46,548 nt of DNA, taken from assembly GCA_944388745.1 (NCBI GenBank), contig CALXJZ010000003.1, forward strand, positions 1 to 46,548, given 5' to 3'. Positions 9,185 through 17,800 of this stretch are shown here, in pieces. Under the pieces are notes generated by a model. The model saw only the letters and a program-made list of their open reading frames with translations. It was not told the origin of the DNA and did not search any database. Numbering within the stretch: position 1 is the stretch's first letter; each line of letters opens with the position of its first letter. A program made the translations under genes and the position numbers. This stretch comes from an uncultured Clostridia bacterium. GTDB lineage: Bacteria; Bacillota; Clostridia; TANB77; CAG-508.

Positions 9185-10000
9185 ATGTATAGAAATAAAA
9201 AAGCAGGAACTGTTGGAATTATAATTACTATTATTATTTTAATATTGATTGTTATTTTTTCAAATGGAGAAAGTAATACTGCATTTTTTGAAAATGCAGC
9301 TAGTAATCTAGTTATGCCTATTCAAAATGGTTTGACTTATTTGAAAAATAAAATAAGTGGTAATAATACATTTTTTACAGATATAAATAATTTACAAGCA
9401 GAAAATGAAGAGTTAAAACAAAAAAATAGCGAGTTAGAGCAATCTTTAAGAGAATTAGAAAATATAAAAACAGAAAATGAAACATTAAAAGAATATTTGA
9501 ATCTAACTGAAAAATATGGAGAATATAATACAGTTCCAGGATATGTTATAAATAAAGATATAAGTAATTATTCAAAGACAATAGTAATTAATTTAGGAAC
9601 AGATGATGGAGTAGCAGAAAATATGACTGTTATAGCAGACCAGGGATTAGTTGGATATGTCGTATCTGTTACAGACACAACAGCAAAAGTGCAAACAATA
9701 ATTGATACGGCAAGTTCAGTTAGCTGTATCATGAGCTCAAATGATGAAAGTATAGTATGCAAAGGGACAATGGATGATGATTCTTCATTAAGAGCAATGT
9801 ATATTCCAACTGATAGTAATATTGCACAAGGGGAAAGTATAGAGACATCAGGTTTGGGTGGAATTTATCCAAAAGGAATACATGTTGGAACAGTAGAAAG
9901 AGTAACAAATACTCAAAATTTGACAGATAGATATGCAATAGTGAAGACAGCAGTTGATTTTGATAAGTTGAATACGGTCTTAGTTATAACAAACCAATAA
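9185..10000 (+). CDS. mreC: Rod shape-determining protein MreC
   Basis: TM plus coiled coil, GLVG.V, TSGLGGIYPKGI.VG; operon position. Confidence 0.95.
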   Translation: MYRNKKAGTVGIIITIIILILIVIFSNGESNTAFFENAASNLVMPIQNGLTYLKNKISGNNTFFTDINNLQAENEELKQKNSELEQSLRELENIKTENETLKEYLNLTEKYGEYNTVPGYVINKDISNYSKTIVINLGTDDGVAENMTVIADQGLVGYVVSVTDTTAKVQTIIDTASSVSCIMSSNDESIVCKGTMDDDSSLRAMYIPTDSNIAQGESIETSGLGGIYPKGIHVGTVERVTNTQNLTDRYAIVKTAVDFDKLNTVLVITNQ

Positions 10001-10008
10001 ATGAATGA

Positions 10009-10132
10009 GCTGATGATATATTTATATATTTTTCCGTAATCCCCATTCAAGAAAATGTAATTCACATACGTTCAAACATTTTCTAGAAAGGTCCCCCCAA
10101 TATACTTCAAAATATATAAATATATCATCAGC
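10009..10132. repeat. Long intergenic rod-like palindrome A (mreC-mreD)
   Basis: Perfect 24-bp arms gctgatgatatatttatatatttt (10009-10032) / aaaatatataaatatatcatcagc (10109-10132); inner agaaaatgt/acattttct. Confidence 0.85.
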
Positions 10133-10203
10133 AAATAAAAGAATATAGTTTTTGTAAGTTAAATAGCAAACTAAACGAAGTAAAAGTGAAAGAGGTGAAC
10201 CAA

Positions 10204-10737
10204 GTGAAAAAATTAGTTATTAATATATTTTTGATTTTAACAATTTTTATTATCTATTTTTTGCAATCTAATTTTTTTACTTGGTTTAATATTGCAGGAA
10301 TAATGCCAAATTTATTTGTTGTTATAGTTTTGTTTATAGGGTTATTTGCAAGTAAAACTATGGGAACAATTTATGGAATAGTTATTGGACTTATATTAGA
10401 TTTATTATTTGGCAGAAGTGTTGGGATTCAGGCAGTTTCTTTGGGGCTAATTGGATTTTTAGCAGGAATATTTGATAAAAACTTTTCTAAAGATAGCAGA
10501 ATGACAATTATGCTTATGGTTTTAAGTTCAACAGTAATTGTTGAAGTATTAAATTATTTGTTTAAATACATGTTTGAAGGAATTAGTGTAGAAGTATTCA
10601 ATTTTGTTAAAATTTTAATTTTAGAAGTTATATTTAATTTATTATTAACGATTATATTATATCCATTAATTCGAAAATTTGGATATGATATAGAAAATGA
10701 ATATAAAGGTAATAAAATATTGACTAGGTATTTTTAA
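10204..10737 (+). CDS. mreD: Rod shape-determining protein MreD
   Basis: Hydrophobic; PNL..V, G.I.G...GL.LDL; GTG start after gaggtg (ORF track start 10186). Confidence 0.93.
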   Translation: MKKLVINIFLILTIFIIYFLQSNFFTWFNIAGIMPNLFVVIVLFIGLFASKTMGTIYGIVIGLILDLLFGRSVGIQAVSLGLIGFLAGIFDKNFSKDSRMTIMLMVLSSTVIVEVLNYLFKYMFEGISVEVFNFVKILILEVIFNLLLTIILYPLIRKFGYDIENEYKGNKILTRYF

Positions 10738-10752
10738 AAGGCAGGTGATAAT

Positions 10753-12888
10753 TTGGTAAGCATTAAAAGAGGGACTACTAGAAAAGTAGCAAAAAAAGCA
10801 AATACAAATCTAAGATTTAATATAATAACAGTATTAATATATATTGTAGGAATTATTTTAATTGCTAGATTATTCGACTTGCAAATAGTTCACGGTGCAG
10901 AATATAGAGAACAATCAAATACAAGATTAACAAGGGAAAGTACAATTGAGGCAGCAAGAGGTTCGATATTAGATAGAAGTGGCCAAGAATTAGTTACATC
11001 AGATGCACAATTTTCTTTGGAAATGTATAAAACTAAAGTAGATGACCAGACATTAAATCAAGACATATTAAATATGGTACAAGTATTAGAAAAATACGGT
11101 TGTTCATATTCTGATGATTTTCCAGTAAATACTGACACATTTGAATATACAATTTCAGGAGATGAACTGCTAGACTGGAAAGAAGATTATGATATAGATG
11201 AGGATATGACAGCTGAACAGGCTTTTTATGAATTTAAAGATAAATATGAAATACAAAATACTGATATCCAAGAGATTAGAAAAATAATTGCAATAAGATA
11301 TTTGATATCACAAAAAGGATATAGTAGCACGAGAGCTGTTACAATTTCAGAAAATATACCAAGAGAAGCGGTTGCAGAATTTAGTGAGAGTTCATCTAAA
11401 TTTGCGGGTATAAATATAGTTGTTAAACCTGTTAGAAAATACACTTCTGGAACTTTAGCGTCACATATTTTAGGATATGCAGCACAAATAAGTTCAGAAG
11501 AATATGAAACGAGAAAGGAATATTATTCTCAAAATGATATAATTGGAAAAACGGGAATAGAATATGTTTTTGAAGAATATCTAAAAGGAAAAAATGGAAC
11601 AAAACAAATTGATATGGCGGTTGATGGTTCTACAACTGCTGAATATATAGCAGAAGAAGCTATTAAAGGTTCAGACATAGTTCTAACAATAGATGCAAAT
11701 TTACAAAGAGTTACGGAAGAAGCATTAAAAGCAAATATTGAAAAAATAAGAAATGGTGGATTCGGACAAAGATTTGATACAAATGCAGGAGCTTGTGTTG
11801 TAATGAATGTAAATACAGGGGAAGTACTTGCAATGGCAAGTTATCCAGATTATAACCCTGCAGATTTCGTCGGAGGAATAAGTACAGAAAATTGGAATAA
11901 TTATACAAATAATGAAGCAAAACCACTTGTAAATAAAGCTGTACAAAATTCATATTCACCAGGTTCTACTTTCAAGATGATTACAGCAATAGCAGGATTA
12001 GAGTCTGGAACAATAACTACCACAACAAAAATTAATGATACTGGTGTGTATAGAAAATATAGTGATTATCAACCAAGATGCTGGTATTTTAGTGATTATG
12101 GTAGAGGACATGGATGGCTTGATGTTGCAGGTGCAATTGAAAAATCATGTAACTATTTCTTCTATCAAACTGCTGATAATATGGGAATTGACACTTTAGT
12201 AAAATATGCTAAATATTTTGGTTTAGGAACAAAAACTGGTATAGAATTGCAAAGTGAAACTGCAGGACAATTGGCAAGCAGAGAAACAAAACAAAAATTA
12301 CATCCAGATGATCCAACTTGGTATCCAGCAGACTCATTACAAGCTGCAATTGGACAAAACGATAATGAATTTAGTCCATTGCAAATGGCGAAATATATAA
12401 GTATGCTTGCAAATGGTGGTAAACAAATAGATGTAAGTATAGTAAAAACAATTAGAAATTCAGATGGTTCAGAAGAGTCAAAAGAAGAAATTAATAATTT
12501 TGTGAATCAAAAATTAGGAATTGAAGAAACTGAAACTGAAGATATAACAATTGACCAAAATAATTTAAATGCGGTATTATCAGGAATGCAATCAGTAACT
12601 GGTGATTCTGGAGGAACTGCATATGTAAGATTTAGAGATTTTAACATAAGTGTTGGAGGAAAGACAGGTTCTGCTGAAGCCCCAAATGACAAAGTTCATG
12701 CATGGTTTGTTGGATTTGCACCATTTGAAAATCCTGAGATAGCAATAGTTGTTATGGTTGAAAATGGTGGACATGGAAATTATACAGCAGAGGTTGTAAG
12801 AGATATAATGGAAGAGTATTTTGGAATGAATACACAAGATATTCAAGAAGATATGACAGCTGAGCCATACACACAGAGTTTAAATTAG
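10753..12888 (+). CDS. mrdA: Penicillin-binding protein 2 (class B transpeptidase)
   Basis: RGSILDR, GKTGIE, PGSTFK (SxxK), SCN (SxN), GKTGSAE (KTG). Confidence 0.93.
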   Translation: MVSIKRGTTRKVAKKANTNLRFNIITVLIYIVGIILIARLFDLQIVHGAEYREQSNTRLTRESTIEAARGSILDRSGQELVTSDAQFSLEMYKTKVDDQTLNQDILNMVQVLEKYGCSYSDDFPVNTDTFEYTISGDELLDWKEDYDIDEDMTAEQAFYEFKDKYEIQNTDIQEIRKIIAIRYLISQKGYSSTRAVTISENIPREAVAEFSESSSKFAGINIVVKPVRKYTSGTLASHILGYAAQISSEEYETRKEYYSQNDIIGKTGIEYVFEEYLKGKNGTKQIDMAVDGSTTAEYIAEEAIKGSDIVLTIDANLQRVTEEALKANIEKIRNGGFGQRFDTNAGACVVMNVNTGEVLAMASYPDYNPADFVGGISTENWNNYTNNEAKPLVNKAVQNSYSPGSTFKMITAIAGLESGTITTTTKINDTGVYRKYSDYQPRCWYFSDYGRGHGWLDVAGAIEKSCNYFFYQTADNMGIDTLVKYAKYFGLGTKTGIELQSETAGQLASRETKQKLHPDDPTWYPADSLQAAIGQNDNEFSPLQMAKYISMLANGGKQIDVSIVKTIRNSDGSEESKEEINNFVNQKLGIEETETEDITIDQNNLNAVLSGMQSVTGDSGGTAYVRFRDFNISVGGKTGSAEAPNDKVHAWFVGFAPFENPEIAIVVMVENGGHGNYTAEVVRDIMEEYFGMNTQDIQEDMTAEPYTQSLN

Positions 12889-13119
12889 TTGCAATTTATA
12901 GTTTATAAAATGTTGATATGTTAATTTTTTATAAATTTTTCGGTTCAATACGAAAATATAATAATTTCTAAAATAATTTTATGGCACCCTTTCACGGCAA
13001 GCGTGAACATTTTCCATAAAATTATTTAAGAAATTCTAAAGTTTCTTTAATCACATTCAAAATTTATTCAATATTAACATACCAACATTAAGTGAAATAA
13101 CTTGACTGTAAATTGCAAC
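12888..13119. repeat. Long intergenic rod-like palindrome B (mrdA-minC), 232 nt
   Basis: Nested arms 12888-12903/13104-13119, 12909-12925/13073-13089, 12931-12939/13059-13067, 12963-12984/13014-13035; apex ttcacg-gcaag-cgtgaa. Confidence 0.85.
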
Positions 13120-13148
13120 AAATAATAAATGAAAAGAGGAAGGTTGAA

Positions 13149-13760
13149 ATGAAACATTGTGTTAGTATTAATTTAAGAAAAAATGAAATTATAATAAAAT
13201 TGGATGATAATGCAACACAAAGGGAAATAGTAGAAAACTTAAGAAGAAAATTGCCTGAATTAAAAAAATTGTATAAGGATGAAAAAACACCAATTACAGT
13301 TACAGGAAAAGTATTGAAAAATAGAGAAATAGACGAAATACAAGCATTGATAAAAGATAAAATTGATGTGGAAATTGATTTTGATATGCCGAAAAGTTTA
13401 GGGTTATCAAGTATAAAGAAAACTTTTGAAAAAGAAATCGCAATTTCTGAAACTAAATTCCATAGAGGTTCATTACGTTCAGGTCAAAAGCTTGAATCAG
13501 ATGGAAGTTTAGTAATATTGGGAGATGTTAATTCAGGAGCAGAGGTAATGGCATCTGATAATATTGTTGTATTAGGTGCATTAAGAGGATTAGCACATGC
13601 AGGAGCAAAAGGAAATAAACAAGCTATAATTGCAGCAGGTTTAATAGATACGGTTCAAATTAGAATAGCAAATATAGTAAGAGAAATAGACAGAGATGAA
13701 GAACCTTTGCATAAACAAGCTTATGTAAGTGTTATAGATGATAAAATAGTAATTGAATAA
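13149..13760 (+). CDS. minC: Septum site-determining protein MinC
   Basis: SLRSGQ, GDVNSGAEV.A..NIVVLG.LRG.AHAG; ATG after gaggaagg (ORF track start 13113 lies in the hairpin). Confidence 0.92.
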   Translation: MKHCVSINLRKNEIIIKLDDNATQREIVENLRRKLPELKKLYKDEKTPITVTGKVLKNREIDEIQALIKDKIDVEIDFDMPKSLGLSSIKKTFEKEIAISETKFHRGSLRSGQKLESDGSLVILGDVNSGAEVMASDNIVVLGALRGLAHAGAKGNKQAIIAAGLIDTVQIRIANIVREIDRDEEPLHKQAYVSVIDDKIVIE

Positions 13761-13778
13761 TAAGGGGTTAATGAATAG

Positions 13779-14156
13779 TTAACTCAAAAGCAACATAATT
13801 AAAGCTAAAAATAGTGTGTAATCTTTGACACCTTCTTGATATAGAAAAAATAATAGACCAAGGATAATAATATCATCTAGATAAAGTGAAATACCCAATA
13901 TTTCAATAATTGGTTCATCACTATCCATATCAAATGGATTTTGAAAGTGGATAGGGCCGAAACCAGAATATCTAGATGATTTATTTTCTTTATTTTCGGT
14001 GCGATTTGTTTCAATATTATTATCGTTAGTTAAGTCAGAGATATTATTGCTTGTATCAAAATCAAGTGATTCTTTACTAATGCTTTTATTATAGTTATTT
14101 CTTGCATAATATCTATTCATATTATAAGGATATTGATAAAAAGGAAAAATAGGCAT
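13779..14156 (-). CDS. Hypothetical protein with hydrophobic C-terminus (DDIIILGLLFFL), probably sporulation-associated
   Basis: 125 aa; start overlaps upstream stop (TAATG); low-complexity N-half. Confidence 0.7.
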   Translation of the reverse strand: MPIFPFYQYPYNMNRYYARNNYNKSISKESLDFDTSNNISDLTNDNNIETNRTENKENKSSRYSGFGPIHFQNPFDMDSDEPIIEILGISLYLDDIIILGLLFFLYQEGVKDYTLFLALIMLLLS

Positions 14157-14659
14157 TACTTAGGACTCTCCTTATTATTTAGATTGTCAGAATTATTTAT
14201 ATTAATATCAGAAATATTTTCTGAATTTCTATTATTTTGATTATGACTATTGTTATCATTATTAAATAATCCTGTAATTTGAGCTATATTAAGTAAATTT
14301 GCATATTGATCAACCTTTTCTCTTCTACTTTCTCTAAGATAAGGTTTAAGAGAATGAAGTAAGTTGCTACTAGGATTATTTGAATTGTTCATTTTGTCCA
14401 TTACAGATTTCATTTTCATAATAGTATTCATATCTATGTTACTAAAATCAAAAGAATTAGTTGAATTTTCAGTATTATTTGAAGCATTATTAGAATTGTT
14501 TTGACTATTGTTATTATTGTTATTCATCATAGAAGAAAAATTTTGTATCATTTCAGGTGGAATTTGTGAAATTACATCATTTAATTCACCTTTATTCATC
14601 ATATCTTTTAATTTATTAATTGTATTTTCATCAAAATTCATATTATTCAAAAAAATCAC
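14156..14659 (-). CDS. Asn-rich hypothetical protein (LL.SLKPYL...R..KVD motif)
   Basis: 167-aa ORF; RBS gaggtg suggests true start near 14650; motif seen in small clostridial hypothetical proteins. Confidence 0.72.
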   Translation of the reverse strand: MIFLNNMNFDENTINKLKDMMNKGELNDVISQIPPEMIQNFSSMMNNNNNNSQNNSNNASNNTENSTNSFDFSNIDMNTIMKMKSVMDKMNNSNNPSSNLLHSLKPYLRESRREKVDQYANLLNIAQITGLFNNDNNSHNQNNRNSENISDININNSDNLNNKESPK

Positions 14660-14763
14660 CTCTTATATAAATATATTCTTTTTCAAATAATCTATGTTTA
14701 TTATATGAAATAATAAAGAAAATGTTAATAAACATAAAAACTTAAAAAATAATGGTAAAACTG

Positions 14764-14792
14764 TTGAAAAAACTGGAAAAATGCGATATAAT
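14764..14792 (+). promoter_or_regulatory. SigA-type promoter of the surface-protein pair
   Basis: TTGAAA-17-TATAAT upstream of aaaggagg RBS. Confidence 0.6.
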
Positions 14793-14837
14793 ATGTAATA
14801 GGTGGGAAAATGTAAAAAAATAAAGGAGGCTATCATT

Positions 14838-17800
14838 ATGAAAAATAGAATATTAAAAATAGCAACAATTATTATGCTAATAATGACTTTAACAGTAACA
14901 AATTTCATATTTGTAGGGTCAAGTCTTATTAGTTATGCGGCAAATGCATTAGAAACTAACCATAAAAATGTCGAGTTTAATGCATATTTTACAGATGGAA
15001 ATAATCAAGAAATATCTTCAGTAGACATGTCAAATATGGAAGATATCTATTTAAATATGCAAATAGAAGTAAAAAATGAAGGATATTTTAATGGTAAAAT
15101 TACAATAGAAGATAGTAATTTTACTTTAAAAAGTACAGACAGTAACTATGTAAATAATATAGAAGGAAATGCAATTACTTTAAATCAGATAAATGCTAAT
15201 ACAAAAGCAGAGATTAAAGTAAATGTAGGACTAAATAAAGATGAAATATTTAACATAGATAATTTATCAAAAACCAATCTAATTAATTTAGAAGGAAATT
15301 ATTATGATAGCACTGAAAAAGATATAAATATTAAAGCTGAAAGAGAACTTAAATTAGATTTAGTGGAGAATTATACATCTGATAATGTTTCAGACAGTAT
15401 AGAAATAATTACAAATAAAATAACTTCAGTTGACGGTGAAGAAAAAAGAGTTATTCAATTACTTTGGAATGTTGGATTAAAAGAAAATAACTATCCAATG
15501 AAAGAATTAGAAGCAAATATAACAGTTCCAACAATTGATGGTAAAAGGGCAGAAGTTACAAAAGTTGTAGATTTTAATGAAATGACATATTATGATTATA
15601 CATATGATGGTTCAAATGTAACTTTTAAATTCACAAACAAACCATCTGATAATAATGAAATTCGTTGGAAACTAGACGGAACTGAAAAAATAGTATTAAC
15701 ATATATTTATGATAGTGATGTAGAAATAAATAGTCAAGAAATAATAGCAGAACAAAAAATAAAATTATATGATGATAAAGAATTATCATATACACAAAAT
15801 ATTATTTTAGATAATGAAGAAAAAGATAATATTGTAACTATAACTTCAGCGCCAGAACAACAAAGTATGTATAAAGGAAAATTATATGCTGGTTTAGAAA
15901 AAGAATATGTTATAAATACAAGTATTAATATTAATTTTGCCAAAGCAATTATTGGTGGTATAACACTTCAAGAAAGTACAAATCAAAATGTAATAAGAGA
16001 TGTATATACAAGAACAGTAGTTTCAAAAGACCAATTTGATGAACTATTTGGACAAACAGGAGAAATAACAATTTATGATGAAAATAGTCAAGTTATTGGT
16101 AGAATTACTAATTCAACTCCAATAGATGAAAATAGAAATATAGTAATTACATATAGTACAGAGCCAACAGCAATAAGATTAGAAACATCAATACCAATTG
16201 CAGAAGGAACATTAAAAATTAAAAATTATAAAAAATTAGTTTCAAACAGTTCAAGTAATATAGCTGAATTAGGACAAATCGGATACATTTCTGAGGTTGG
16301 TTATAATAACAACAAAATAGGACAAGTAGAAAATAGTATTGATTTACAAGAAACAACAACTCAAAGTAAATTTGAAATTGATAAAAGTACTTTATCAACA
16401 ATAGCAGATAATTCTGTGGAAATGAGAGCTACATTATTAACAAATAATGAACAATATGATTTATATCAAAATCCTGTATTTAGATTTGAATTACCAGAAC
16501 AGGTAGAAAATATTGAAATTACAGGTGTAGAACTTTTATATGAAAATGAATTAGAAGTAGCAAATTATACTATTGATGGTAGAAATATTATAGTTACATT
16601 AGAAGGTAAGCAAACAGATTATAAAGAAACGGCTGTTGAAGGAGCAATATTAGTTATTAATGCTAATATAGCAGTAAATAAAAAAGCTCCAACAACTGAT
16701 ACAGCTATAACAATGTATTATGAAAATGAAAATGCTCATTCATATGTAGATGGTACAAGTATAGGAAGTGAAACACAAGATATTAAAATAGTAGCACCAA
16801 AAGACTTAACAATAATTAATAGTATACCAGAAATTTCATTAGAGACTACTGGGCAAGATGAAAATGCAAGTGTAAATTTAATTACGCAAGATGTACCAAA
16901 ACAATTAGAAATACATTCAGAGATAATAAACACAACTGAAAGTAGAATGAATAATGTAAGAATACTTGGAACATTATTAACAGATAGTAGCAAAAATAAT
17001 TTAGGAATTCAGATTGTAGATGGTTTGCAAATATCTAATAGAGCAGATATAACGATTTATTATACAGAAAATGAAAATGCTACAAATGATTTAAATAGTG
17101 TAGATAATGGATGGAGTAAAGAATTTACTCAAAATGCTAAAAAATATTTGGTAATTATAGACCAATTAGAAACTGGAGAAAGTATTGAAATCTCATATAA
17201 TGTACAAATTCCAGAAACATTAGAATATAACAAAAAAGCAGAAGAATATTATAGTGTAAGTTATGTAAGTGGAGAAACATCAGTGGAAAATACATTGAGT
17301 TCATCAATAATTACATTAGAAACAGGAATTGGACCAAAATTAGAAGCAAAATTATCTGCAACAATTGGTGGAAAAGAAATTACTCAAAATGTAAAAAATG
17401 GAGAAGTAATACAATATAATATAGAGGTTTCAAATACAGGTTCTGAAAATATAGATAATATTGAAGTAATAGGCCAAGTTCCAGATGGTACAACAATGGT
17501 AGTACCAGAAGAAGATTACGAATATACAGGAGCTTCATATTATGAAGAATTACAAGATAGAGAATATAAAACAACAATCGAAAATATTGAACCAGGAGAT
17601 GTAAAAACAGTAACATATGAAGTAAGAGTAAATTCAGATACACCTGAAGGAACTAAATTAGAGAATAAGTTACAAGTTGCATTTAATGGGGTAACTTCAG
17701 AAACAGAAGCTCATGTATTAACAACTGAAAAAGGAAATTTAAGAGTAACAGTAAAAAGAGTTACAGATAGAAGTGTAGATTTATATACAGCAGGTGTAGT

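Noticed and set aside
12888-13119. Calling rod B the 6S RNA gene
   Set aside because: The shape is similar, but it is very AT-rich, has no evident promoter or terminator of its own, and two similar rods occur nearby; it cannot be assigned without an Rfam search.
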